From the NCBI RefSeq assembly GCF_009914755.1, contig NC_060936.1: DNA of 64,000 nucleotides. The stretch is one strand, 5' to 3'. The notes beneath the pieces were generated by a model. That model saw nothing but the letters and a program-made list of their open reading frames with translations. It did not search any database and was not told the DNA's origin. Shown in pieces: positions 45,255 to 58,996 of the stretch. Positions within the stretch are counted from its first letter, which is position 1. The number at the start of each line of letters is the position of its first letter. This DNA is from the human T2T-CHM13v2.0 reference genome, Homo sapiens. The position numbers and the translations under genes are program-made.

Positions 45255-45565
45255 GGATTTTTATTATTAATATTATTTTTGTTTGACAAATCATAATTGT
45301 ATACATTCATGGGGTACAATGTGATGTTTTGATATATGTATACAATGTGGAATGATTAAATAAAGTTAATTAACATATCACCTCGATTACCTATCATTTT
45401 TTATGGTGAGACACTGGAAATTCATTCTTAGTTATTTTGAAATATACAATACATTATTATTGACTATAGCCACCCTGATGTACAGTAGGTCTCAAAACCT
45501 ATTCCTTTTCCCAATGTGAAACTTTGTACTCTTTGATCAACACTTCCCATTCCCTACCTTCGTAT
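45255..45565 (-). mobile_element. L1MA 3' end fragment
   Basis: 'aattgtatacattcatggggtacaatgtgatgttttgatatatgtataca'; TSD-like gtctt(c/t)tttttgtttgtt. Confidence 0.85.
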
Positions 45566-46102
45566 TATGTCTTTTTTTGTTTGTTTACAGAGTCTAATAT
45601 TATTATGGCTTTCTTATGATTTAAATATGAGTTGTCGATAATATTGAAATTATTCCATTTGTCATATTATGTGTCAATAAACCCAAACCTCTGACTTAGA
45701 ACTTCATTCTATTTCTGAGCATCTCTACCTGGATATTTTTCCAATACCTCAAATTCTTCTCTCAACATACCCAATCCCCCGACCCCCCACCAATATATTT
45801 TATAGTAATGGAGGGAGTCAACTACTATATACATACGTATTTCATCTTGACGTCTGTTAGTATTTTCTTCTGAAATTCTTGACTTGAATAGATTCTACTC
45901 CCATGGCTTGGAAGACTTTGGTTGGTCATCCATTCCTATTCTACAGTTCTAGAACTTGCGCTTTGTAAGCACCTGCCTACCCCTACTACACCTCAAACTT
46001 TACAAGTGCAGACTATGACTGTACCCCTGGTGCCTGCTGCAGTCCCTGGCTGGCCCAGTCCCTAGCTGGCCCGGATTAGGTACTTGGTAAGTATCTATTG
46101 GC

Positions 46103-46328
46103 TGATTGCTACGCTTATCCTGTGGCCGACCATCAGGCCAGCCAGTCAGCAGATGGAGGTGGCATCCTCATGTTTACACAGAAGCTGCATATTCCCTGTT
46201 TCTGACCCCACTTTCTCTTAACCCAGTCACAGTGGCCCAGTCCGTTAGGTCAACATTTTCATTATGCCTTTCACACTTCTCTTTTGTTCTTTAGTTCATA
46301 CTGTAACCTAAGCCTAGAATGAAACCTT
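46103..46328 (+). repeat. Copy 2 of local ~250-bp duplication
   Basis: Shares exact 25-bp and 19-bp runs with copy 1. Confidence 0.93.
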
Positions 46329-46497
46329 TCTACAGCTTTCTCCATCCATTTCTGCAGTTTAAAACCTTACTGTCTGGCAAGACTCATATAAAATACTGTT
46401 TCCTTTATGGGCTCATGTCCAATCTCTTCAGAGGTAGTTGCTCTCACCTGTGTCCCCCAGAGCTATAAACGCTTTATGGTTGGTAATATACCATAAT

Positions 46498-46543
46498 GTT
46501 CCCAGTTCCCTCAAATAATTTGTTATTTGAGGGAACTGGGAAC
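46498..46543. repeat. Perfect inverted repeat, 21-bp arms, 4-nt loop
   Basis: gttcccagttccctcaaataa-tttg-ttatttgagggaactgggaac. Confidence 0.97.
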
Positions 46544-46924
46544 CCTTGAGAACAGCTAGGTTAAATGTGATTTGTCAGTTTACTAATTCCCTTATTGATT
46601 CTTACAATAGGACTTCTCAGAGCCAACGTGCATTCAATATGCTAGAATGCATTGTGAATCTTCAAGTGAGTGGTATACTGTACATACAGTGCTTTTTGCC
46701 CCTTTGTTTTGCCTGCCTTGATGTCTAACAGAACCAGTATTTTCAGGAACCCACTCAGGATATGCTGCTGTAGGAAAAATAGCTGTTTTGTTAGTGTTGA
46801 TGATGGTGTTGAGGTTGTCTTTTCCTTTTTCAGCCAAATAGTTATCAAATTCTATACTTCACCTCCTTCTAGATGAATGTACTTGAAAATTGCAGCATGC
46901 TACTCCTAAAAGTCACTCTGGGTA

Positions 46925-47885
46925 TGCTTTGCTGATGGGAGTATAAAATGGTACAACTATTTTGGAAAATTGTTTGGCATTTTCTTATGAAGTTAAATAT
47001 ATACCTACCCTATGATCCAGAAATTCCACTCCTATGCATTTAACCAAGAGAAATGAAAACATATATCCTCGAAAAGACTTGGAGAAAAATGTTTATAGCA
47101 GCCTTATTCACAATAGCCAAAACTGGAAACAACTCAAACATTCTTCAACAGGTGACTGGATATGCAAATTCTGGTATATCTATACCACCATGGCCTGTTT
47201 CTCAGTTGAGACAGACAGAAAACACTATTCATACAAGCCCTAACATAGATAAGCTCAAAACCATGAAAGTGTTTTCAGTCTGTCTTGGGTAGTGGTTACA
47301 TGCAGTGGTCCCCAACCTTTTTGGCACCAGAGACTGGTTTCATTGAAGATGATTTTTCCATGGACTGGGGGTGGGGGCGGTGGTGGGGATGGTTTCAGGA
47401 TGATTCAAGTGCATTATAGTCAAATAATTATACAACTCACCATAATGTGGAATCAGTGGGAGCCCCGAGCTTGTTTTCCTGGAACTGGACAGTTCTGTCT
47501 GGGGGTGACAGGAGATGAGGACAGATCATCAGGCATTAGATTCTCATAAGAAACCCACAACTTAGATCCCTTGCATGTGCAGTTCACAATAGGGTCTGTG
47601 CTCCTATGAGAATCTAATGGTGCCATTGATATGACAGGAGGCAGAGCTCAGGCAGTAACATAAGCAATGGGAAATGGCCGTAAATACAGATGAAGCTTCC
47701 CTGGCTCATCTGCTGCTCACCTTCTGCTCTGCGGCCTGGTTCCTAACAGGCCACGGACCAATACCCATCCATGGCCTGGGGGTTGGGGACCCCTGGTTAC
47801 ATGTGTGTACACAATTGTCAAATCTCACTGAACCAAACACTTAAGGTCTGTGTGTTTGGTCTTTACTGTAGGTAAATTACCTCTG
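46925..47885 (+). mobile_element. Old L1M 3' region, interrupted by MER1A
   Basis: ORF2 remnant RKMFIAALFTIAK; 'tgctgatgggagtataaaatggtacaac'. Confidence 0.8.
47303..47795 (+). mobile_element. MER1A (hAT-Charlie)
   Basis: TIRs cagtggtccccaacc / ggttggggacccctg; perfect 8-bp TSD gttacatg. Confidence 0.93.
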
Positions 47886-47899
47886 GGAGAATCAGGCTA

Positions 47900-48100
47900 G
47901 TGAGGTAGTCAGGAGCCTGGAATTTGGAGCCAAATGCAAATCCTGGTTCTACCATTCATTGTCACCAGGACTTTTGGCAAATTGCCTAAGTATCTGTTTC
48001 AGTTTTCTCATCTGTCAAATATAAATGAAGTTAGTATCTACCTTATAAGGTCATTACAAGAATTAAATTAGATTGTTAGTGCTCTTTAAGTTCTTGTTAA
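47900..48100 (+). mobile_element. MIR
   Basis: 'tctgtttcagttttctcatctgtcaaat...taccttataaggtcattacaagaattaaat'. Confidence 0.75.
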
Positions 48101-48159
48101 ATAAAATGTAAAAGTAAAAACTCTGATCTTCATGACAGCACCTCAGTGCTCCTCTTTCT

Positions 48160-48285
48160 AGCTGCATCTGAGAATCACCTGGGGAGATTTTATAAAACAA
48201 CGATACCTGGGTTCCATTCCTGGGGTTTCTGATATAGTTGGCTTTGGGTGGTTTCTGGGGATTGTGGTGTTTTTAAAGCCCCCAC
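48160..48285 (+). mobile_element. MER5A-like fragment
   Basis: 'gctgcatctgagaatcacctggggagattttataaaa...gatacctgggttcca'. Confidence 0.65.
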
Positions 48286-48458
48286 GAGTTTTTTTTTTTT
48301 TTTTAACTATGTTTTCATGAGTAATACTGTATGGTATGTATCATAATTATATAGTCAGTTTCCAATAATTCTGACACTGTGTAACAGGCGAACTGTATTT
48401 GCTGCATTTGTAGTGGTATTAAAAACCTTACCAGAGAAAACTAAAAAGATCCATTTTC

Positions 48459-49079
<621 letters not shown>

Positions 49080-50199
49080 TTATTCAAATCATTTTTTTTC
49101 TTTTATCAGAAAGCAATATTAAGTATTTGAAGTGCTTGAGGGGGAAAGCAAGCATTACTCAAATTGAGATGATAAAACATAGGAACTTTTAAAAGATGGC
49201 AACGCTACACCAAAATGCAAATTATGAGACTCTTGGCCCTTCTATTCAAAGCTCTATAAATGTTAGGTGTCACTTTTCTCTCTTTTTAATTATGAATGCA
49301 GGCAGTCCTGGAAGCATAAGTATCTTTGATGATTATATAGAAATAGGTTACATCAATTTCTTTTCTCAGAAGAAAGAAACCAAATGTACCTCACTTTTTG
49401 GGGAGCGAGTGAGTGAATTGTTTGGGCTTGCATTAATGGAAAAGATGATCTTACTCATTGGGATTGGAAAAAAAAAATTCAAAAAGCGTCAAGAATGAAA
49501 AAGCCGCATATGGCAATAGACTAATAGACACTTTTGGTTATTATTGCAAAGCTATTTTTACATTAAAAGATGAATATGGCCAGATGAGTTTCCCATAAAT
49601 GTTCAATTTGGTTCTTTTTATGTAACTAATTTTGTTTATCCTTGCATGCCTCTTACTGATAATGAGTTGCTAATAGACTGGTTTATAATTCTAATAGCTT
49701 AATCTCTGTGCATTTGTGTAGCCAGTGTTTGTCCACCCTCCCCCTCCTTTTGTTTTTAAGTGAGAAAAAATCCAGTCACGTAAAGGGAATCTTTTATAAT
49801 TGTTAAAATGTGTTTCTTCATCAATAATGAAGTAATGTTGGTAGTTTTATTTTTGTAGTTTTGGCCAGATGATTCACATTCGTACTGTGTCTGGATTGAC
49901 TCAAAAATTCATCATTAATGAGCAAGAAGCGATACAGTACAGTGGAGTAATACACTTGAAATGAAACCAGTCATCTTTCCCTGCTGTTCTTCTTTTCTCT
50001 GGGCCTAAGTTTCTATATCTCTAAATGGATTAAAATTGCCTTTATTTTGAGCAAAAGAAGGTAATAGCCAAAGTACCATTAATCAATTGAAATCATTTCA
50101 CTGGAAAAAATTTTATCTTGTAATTAACTGATGACACTTCTGTTTGAATACATTGCCATTCTGCAGTAAGTTGAATTTTTTTTCTCTTTCCTTTCTCTA

Positions 50200-50780
50200 A
50201 CAAATATTTATTGAGTACACGCTACTACATATGGATGAAGCACTGTGTTAATGCAAGGAACAAGACATATCATTTGAGAGATTTTCTGCTTGAATCACCA
50301 GAATTATTCATTTATTCATTCAGCAGATATCATTATGCCTACCTTAGACAAGACATGATGCTACGTGCTATGGGTCTTGTCAAGATGAATAAGGCCAAAA
50401 GGCTGTGTGTTCAGAAAAATAGAGATCATACTTTATTGGGGAAGTCTCAAAGTCAAGGAATATTTTTCACAGTAGAAGAAATTTGAGTTGTGCCTTAGAA
50501 CAAGGTGGATAAGAGTTTTAACATGCACATGGGGATTATTTTCTAGAAGGGAGGAAGAGAATAGACAAAGGAATGAGGGCTGGAAAGTAGCCTGCTGATC
50601 AGGTCTGGTTTGACTGGAATTTTGAGTGCACATAGAACGATGTAGGGTTAGGCCTAAAAATAAGAGAAGGACAGATTGTTGAATGCCTTGCATGTTGTCA
50701 GTCCAAAGAGTTTGGATAGATTATCTACCTGTCCATGTGATTTAACTGAAAGCACTGAGACAGGGACTAGCAAATGTTAA
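50200..50780 (-). mobile_element. L2 fragments
   Basis: 'caaatatttattgagtac', 'ttcatttattcattcagcagatat'. Confidence 0.65.
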
Positions 50781-50789
50781 GAAAATTTC

Positions 50790-51011
50790 TCCAGCCTGGC
50801 CAACACAGTGAAACCCTGTCTCTACTAAAAATACAAAAAAAAAATTAGCTGGGCGTGGTGGCACATGCCTGTAATCCCAGCTACTTGGGAGGGTGAGGCA
50901 GGAGAATGCCGTGAACCCGGGAGGCAGAGGTTTCAGTGAGCCGAGATTGCACCACTGCACTCTAGCCTGGACAACAGAGCTAGACTCTGTCTCAAAAAAA
51001 CAACAAAAAAA
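50790..51011 (+). mobile_element. 5'-truncated AluS
   Basis: Begins at ccagcctggccaac; A-tail. Confidence 0.92.
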
Positions 51012-51620
51012 TAGATTCTGAGTTTGAAAACCGTAGAATGTGTCAAATCAAACACATGAGCTAATCTAACCATACAGAATTTTGAGATGTCTTTAGATTG
51101 TCTAAACTTACTTTAGATTTGCAAAAAAGGCCATACAAAGAAATACAATATGCAGATATGGGTATTTCCCAACAGATCTTATACAAATTTGAAATTAAAT
51201 TTCCATCTGTTGCTGGTATGCATGACCGTCATATAGAGAAATCTTTATTACTAATTCTTTTCATGAATGAATGAATTCTTTTAATAAATAATAACAAGTA
51301 AATAAAGTTTTAAAATTAGTTATCTTAAAGATTGGGATTGTGTTTCAAAGTCCTTGAAATATAGGGACCTAACACACTGATAAATTTTAAGAGTTTACTA
51401 GTCTGCAGAAGACCCAAGGAAATTGATTTTACCATTGGCATTTAAGATTGCACTTGCACTGTGCTCTGTTGAGTATACAAGAGAAAGGAGACTGCGTTCT
51501 TTGCCCCTGCTCACTTCCTTTTGCATTTTTTCCTGCATTCTGATATGAGACTGGTTGAAGTGGAAAATCACTCAGCAACCAAATATATGCCTGTGTTGTT
51601 GCTAGAAAGAACCATACGTA

Positions 51621-51960
<340 letters not shown>

Positions 51961-54679
51961 AAGAACCATATGTCCTTGCAGGCAGAGTGGTGGTTTTGCC
52001 ATTCTTGGGAGAGCATATTTTGGAAGAGGGGTTCATTCTTTGGCACCCAAAGAATGCATGAGTAGAGGGATAATACACAGATGCATACCTAGGTTATATG
52101 TGGTAGGGAAGTATAAGGATGGAGAAAAGGAAACCACTTTTCATTCAGTAAATTGTGGGCATGGGGACTATTAATGTCTATGAACCCAGATCCCTAGCTG
52201 AGATTTAGAAGCATACCAAGAACAAACAAACAAAAAACCTACACACAAACACAAAAAGCAGGTTAACCAGCACTGAATATTGAAAACATCATATCTAATA
52301 AATGCTATTTAGAAAATATAGAAAAGATGGTAAGTATCTTGCTACATTTTGGGACTATTTTAAAGGACAGTGTTAAAAGAACTATCTTTCTTTTCCATTT
52401 CTTTCTGAAAGGGATGCACAAGTACACTAAAAGTGAACCATTTACAACAAAAAGCTTGAGTAGTCAGAGCTTGAATCTAATGTGAGGAAACCCGTGGAGC
52501 TCATAAAACTTTAATAACTAGTCCCAGGTTTAATAAAGCAATCTTGCAAATTTTAGGTGAACCAATGGTAATTCATGGAAGTTTTTAGTGTTGCATAAGG
52601 TAAAATTGAAATCAGCGATGTCACAACAATGTTAATAAAAAGGACAAGCCACTTACTATAAATATAAGTAATTCTGGCACATGTGGGAAGGCACCCAAGG
52701 AAAAAAGCCATCCTTGTCACTTTAAAATAACCTCTATGCCAAAGTAAATCTTCAAGTAAAGAAGTTGTGTCCAAAGCCCTTAGGAATATCGTCCTTTTGC
52801 CCTGAGATATAACTTTCCTAAGAGTGAAAACCTTAACCTGAAAAAAACAAGGAGACTCTTCCTACTTATGTCAGTTAATTCTTGCCCACATGGAAGCTCT
52901 GCACTTGACAAGGCATGTCAACTCTCAGAGAGCCCATCCATTGTGTTGCTTCAGCTGTCTATCTTTCCACCTTTGCCTCTCAAGTCAGTAAACCCAGATC
53001 TCACCTCCTGAGTGAGCTCTACTCCCGTACTGCCAGCTGCTTTTGAGTCAGTCCCATTGGGTTGGCCTCCCAAGAGAGATGGCTTCCCCCATCTCTCTTT
53101 CTGCCTCCATTCCACCTATCCGAAGAAACCCTGCAGCTATCCCACCACTTCCACTAAGTCCTTGGAATATCCTGGCACATCAGAGTCCTTCTTTCCTCTG
53201 AACTCGTAGAACTCTTTACAGCTCCATTGTTTGCTATATGCACAACCCACTTTGCAACAACTCTTATATTTTTGTCTATTTTCATACATTATTATTTCAA
53301 GCTTATGTTGGCCCTTTATTGGTCCATAATCTCTGATTTTTCCAGGATCTGAGCACAACCACCACCCCCCCCAACAATCTGCTCCATAAATATCCATAGA
53401 CTGATGGATGCCCTGGATACCTCAAAGATACTAACTGCAATAAGTTAACAAGAGTGGAAGGAAATTTGAGGCAGCAGCTCAGCCCCTGCCTGGCCCTTTC
53501 CTCTGGACTTTCAGGTTGTTCTACATATTTTCATTGATTTCCTGAAGAGGTTCTATAATATCCCTACCTCACCTCATTTTTTTTCCCAGTAACTATTTTA
53601 ATCTAAACTCGTGTGTTTCAATGTAGACATGTTTGTTCTTGTTTAATTAGTGGAGATGGAGAATAGAAAGGCAAAAAGATGGTGGCGAGAATCAGATGCT
53701 TTGTCTTTGGGCGTTGTCATTAGGACAAAAAGTCTTAATTTCCCATAGACCCTCTTGGCAGTGCCCTTGGCTCTCCACCAGCCTGTGAACATCGGGAGAG
53801 GAGGGTATGTCTTTGTTTTTCCACACCACTCAACTCCCAGTGGCTGGCGCAGAGCCTGGCACACAGTAGATGTTCAAAAAGTAAATGTTTTTTTAAATAA
53901 AAATGAGCCCATGAAGTCATATGGAGAGTCTGAGCAATGGAATATTTATCATGGGCTTTATGCCTCGTGGAATTGTGCCTTAATTTAAGAAAACTCTGTT
54001 GGCAAAACCTGAGACCGAAAAGCAGATAAATTAGTCGAAGACCATTTATTTTATTATAATATTTATGCTCTATTTTTTTCAAATAACCACTTACTCCAAC
54101 ACTTTGAAAATGTGACTTGGTTGTATAGAAACACTGATTTACACAAAAGTTTTGGTGAATTTATCTTTTATGAAGTGAATTTTCTGAGAATCATATGTTC
54201 TAAAATTATATTTAATCTACATAGTTTGGTATCATGTCTTTAAGCAGTAGAATGGCTTCAATTATAAGTATAAATGAAATTGCTAAATATCAAGGAAATG
54301 ACACAATACTTTCTGGTCCAAAAATAACACTTACAGAAAACAGTATATCACTAGGTATTTTATTGCCAGAAAGTTTAATAAGCTTTCTTATAAGTATTGG
54401 TAAAAAGGAATATCTGAAAAATTATTGGCTGTGTTTTATGATGTTGTTATATTAACCTCTTCCTAATCCTCCAAAGAAATAGAGCAGATTAAAGTTTCTT
54501 TGTGTGATCTACAGAAATATGAAGCAGCAAGTGTCTTGAGATCCTGTAACTGTTATGAAAAATTGGAAAGAAACATGGAGAATTCCAGCTCTTAGTGAGT
54601 TTAAATTTTAGCTGGGAAATCCAGGAACATTTATACCCAAAAAAGAGACTCTTCTTTCATACATCAACAGTCACAAACA

Positions 54680-54820
54680 GAAAAAAGGGAAAAAGGTGGA
54701 AGATAATATTCCAAAAGTTTAATAGTGGTTATCTCCTCTGATGAGAGTAGGAGTAACTTTTATTTTCTTAATATATTTCTGAATTTTCTTAAATGAATAT
54801 TTATTACTAGTGTTATAATA
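54680..54820 (+). mobile_element. Old L1ME 3' fragment
   Basis: 'aaaagtttaatagtggttatctcctctg...ttttattttctt'. Confidence 0.55.
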
Positions 54821-55019
54821 ACAGTTATTTTTTTAAAAAGAGACTGCCCAACAGTGTGCAGGACGTACCAAATGAGAAGTAAGTACAATAAGAGATACAC
54901 GAATCCAGAGGATTGGGCTTGGGTAGTGAGTATATGTAGAGGAACTGGGGCTCAAGCTGGAGCTTGAAGAGTAGATAATACCATAATAATGATGAGATTT
55001 CAAATTTATAGGTTATTAC

Positions 55020-55473
55020 TGCATCAGAGACAAGTTGCCTCCCCAGTAAGCATATTCCCTTTCTATATTGGAAGAGCCCCAATTTTCTTCAGTTAGGATA
55101 GTTCCTTTCCAGTTATCAGAAATTGGCTTACAGTTGGATATGTAGCCCAGTTTTGGCCTATGGGACGGCAAGGGGACATGTGCTCAGGTGCTTCTGAGAA
55201 TTTTTGTAGACACTAAGAGAGATGACCCTTCATTGTCTGTGGACTTTTTCTGGTCTCATATGACACCCGGAGCTGCTGCACAAGAGGAACCAGTAGACAA
55301 GTGTAGACAGTACAGTGAAGACATAGAGGGCACCAGAGTCATCAATACCATTGTTCAGCCAGCGTGTGTAGGTGAACTAGTTTCTTCCGTTTTACTTATA
55401 GGTTTGTAAGATAACTAATTTCCTTATTGTGTAAAGCCAGTTTGAATTGGGCCCAAAGTTCTCTCACTGATAT
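55020..55473 (+). mobile_element. MLT1J/K-like MaLR LTR
   Basis: 'cccagttttggcctatgggac', 'atttccttattgtgtaaagccagtttga...ctcactgatata'. Confidence 0.6.
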
Positions 55474-57586
55474 ATCAATTCTACAATTTGCTAACTTGTT
55501 CATATCCAAGATTGACTTTGATCTGAACAACAATTCTGCAAAGTTGGTAATATATAAATAATTATTCCCTATACTGATGATGAAACTGAAGTTAAAAGGA
55601 TACCACTTGCCTAAGGACCCAAATCCAAATTTACCAATTCCAAATCTTTCTGTTTTCCCTCTGCTTTTTCAAATGAGAGAGCGCCATATCAGTGGAGAGA
55701 TGTGGTACTTAATTCATCAGTTCTGGAGTGAATGCCTGTTCTATGCCCAGGTAACATTCTAGGAGCTAGGGATCCAAAGCAGAGGAGAGGGAAGAAAAGA
55801 AAAGCAGCAGAGAGTGAAAGTGTGCTCAGCATTTGGCACATGAATCTCATGTTGGGATCAGTGGATGTTGCACATTGGTTGGTCATGATAACTGCATCAA
55901 AAAATTAAGTTGGGATTAGATTGTAGAAACCTAAGAATTCCAGGCTAGAGTTAATTTCTCATTTAGTAGGAAAAACTGGGATGTTGCTGACAATGGCCCA
56001 TAATCATACAGCACAAAAAGAGAGGCAGGTCTTTAAAAGTCCTTTCATCTTGGTGACAAGTTGTATATCTATATGTGTACCATTTTATATATAATCTACT
56101 ATAGAACTTGAAATAAGGGAAAACCAGAAACCCCAAGAACATTTCTCTTTAGATGTGGATAATTTAGCATTATCCATACTGCAAATGAAATGTAGTAGTA
56201 TTCTATGAATTACTTAGTTCAAATGTGACTTGTCTATGACATCTGGGCCCCATATGGTAGATTAATTAAAGCAGGGATGCTGAATTTGGATAGCTTGATA
56301 TCCTCTTCAAAGACTGATCTCCCTTAGGACTAAGACAGGAAAATCCTGACGTTTTGATTTCTCTGTGTACAGGGACCTTTAGCGTGAGAACAATAAACGG
56401 CCTTTTGTAGCTTCTTAATGAGACATGTAGCATGTTATATTAACACCTAGGAGCTCGCCTTAAACTGCTGTCCCTCACTAATAACTAATAAAACGGGTGC
56501 ACTCTAAATGCAAAGCCACAGCGCTTTCTTATTCTTTATTCTTTTTACCCACATCAGGAGTCTTTGTTTTTTCCTGGTATTGCGTGCCCCTTCACAGCAT
56601 GTGGAAACAGCACACTGTGTCCAGAAGCGCCCCGTGGCACGGTTGGCCTGGAATCTCCAACATCTCCCCACACAGCAGCAGGCAGCCCTGGATGACCAGG
56701 TCAGCCAAAAAGTAAGTTGAGTGTTTTACACATTGGCACACTGTCTGTGTGGACTAAGCCATGTGTAACAGTCTCCGGAGAGGAACCCTCAGCGGTTTCT
56801 ACTGAGATGAGCATCCAAAGCTGGTCATGTGGCCAGAGAAGAAAGGGCCCAGGGCAAGGGAGATGCACAGGAGAGTAGAGATGGAAGCTGCAGAGCCACA
56901 CCAAAGGCCTGTTTTTATATTTCTGAGCCTGGTTTGGTGCCTCCTCTGCTTCTAAATGTAAATGCTTACATTTTAGCCAGTTCACATTTCACCTCTCCTT
57001 GAGTCCCATGAATTATGCAGGGATCTTTAGGAGCCCTTGTAGAGGTGGAAGAGCAGATGCCGCCCTGGTTCGGGGTGGAGTCTTCCAGGCTTGCCAGGGT
57101 GTCCGGTTGTGCTCGCCTGTCACCTGTTACTGCGGAGCCATGGTGGGTTTTTACTGGCTGGTTGCTTGTGTCCTGAAGTTTGAGAAAGACCCCTTACCTT
57201 AGCCCAAGCCAATCCCATCCTTACGGAAAGTGAACAGAAAAGAATAGTTGATTGCCTTCCCTGTTCCTCTCTTTTCTTCCTTTCTAGGCAATATTGTCCA
57301 AATAACAATGATGCCTTGTGTGGTTAAACAGCTGGAAGGTGGTATAGATTATCATGCTATTTGCACACATATGGAAATAGAGTGAAGCAATAACTTTTAC
57401 CATGTTAGCACCTTCTACTACTGTTTGTGAAATCTCTTCAGAAATGTTTTTAGGTTTTTTTTTTTTTCCAGCCTGAAATTCCTTTAAGTTGAATGAAAAT
57501 TGACCTTAAAGGCATATGGTTTGCTAATATACTTTTCAATTTAATCTGAGCAAATTGTGATATACTTTTTTGATATAAAAATCTGG

Positions 57587-57886
57587 GCTGGGTGTAGTGA
57601 CTCATACCTGTAATCACAGCATTTCAAGAGGCTGAGGTGGGAAAATGGCTTGAGCCCAGGAGTTCAAGACCAGCCTGGACAACATGGTGAGATCCCATCT
57701 CTACAAAAAAATACAAAAATTAGCCAGGTGTGATGGCTTTGCCTGTAGTCCCAGCTACTCAGCAGGCTGAGGCAAGAGGACCACTTGAGTCCAGGAGATC
57801 AAGGCTGCAGTGAGCTGTGATCACACCACTGCACACTAGATCCACCATGGGCCACAGAGCAAGACCTTGTCTAGAAAACAAAAAAT
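57587..57886 (+). mobile_element. AluJ
   Basis: Full diverged dimer. Confidence 0.92.
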
Positions 57887-58651
57887 TCTGCACTGAGTGG
57901 TCAATTAGTATACCAATTCTTACTTAGGAGGAAGTATATTCTGAGAAGATAAGTATAAGAGCACCAATCCCAAGACAGATCTCAGACTCTTAACGGGAGG
58001 ATGTAAAGTAGAGGAGTAATACTCAACCTCCCTCCTCAGCAAGTTCCAGTGAGACTATATGAACAAAGAAAATATTTCAAGTTCCTTGGAATGGCAAGTG
58101 TCCTATAAGATATTTGCAATATACTGTTTTTGCTTCAGAAAGGCGTAAGGGAACTTGCAAGGATTCATAAAATACAAAAGAACAAAAATATTAAATGGAA
58201 GACCCGAAAGAAAGGAGGAGAAAAAAAGGCATCCAGGGAAGCTAGAAAAGAGACCAAGATAAATGCACCCCATAGTGTTTGAAGTGCAGGTTAATGAGTG
58301 GGCCCCTGGCTTCCTGTGAAGTTTTTTCTTCCAGTGAAAAGGGAAACCTGGTCTGTTAAACACCAGGTTGTGAACAGCAACCAAGAAGTAAAAAACAAGT
58401 TGTTTCTCAGGAGAAGAAGAATTATTCCTAGTGTTAAGCTAGCATCTTCTCCCAAGGGTGCTCATACTTAGAAAATCTCTAATTAGGATAAACACCTGAC
58501 ATGACCCTGGAAGGTGGCTCCATGGCTCCAAACCTTTATTCCCTTCTGTGAAATGGAGAGATTGAACCTAAAGATCTGTAAAGTCTCTGCAACTCTCAAG
58601 TCCAGTGAGTGTGTTGTCTTCACTCCTAACCATTTTCTCTTGTAGAAATGA

Positions 58652-58996
<345 letters not shown>

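Noticed and set aside
44418-46328. Duplicated blocks as LTR pair, H/ACA snoRNAs, coding exons or CTCF sites
   Set aside because: No TG..CA ends or TSD; no shared H/ACA boxes at the right spacing; frame-breaking indels between copies; only a weak CTCF-like match in one copy
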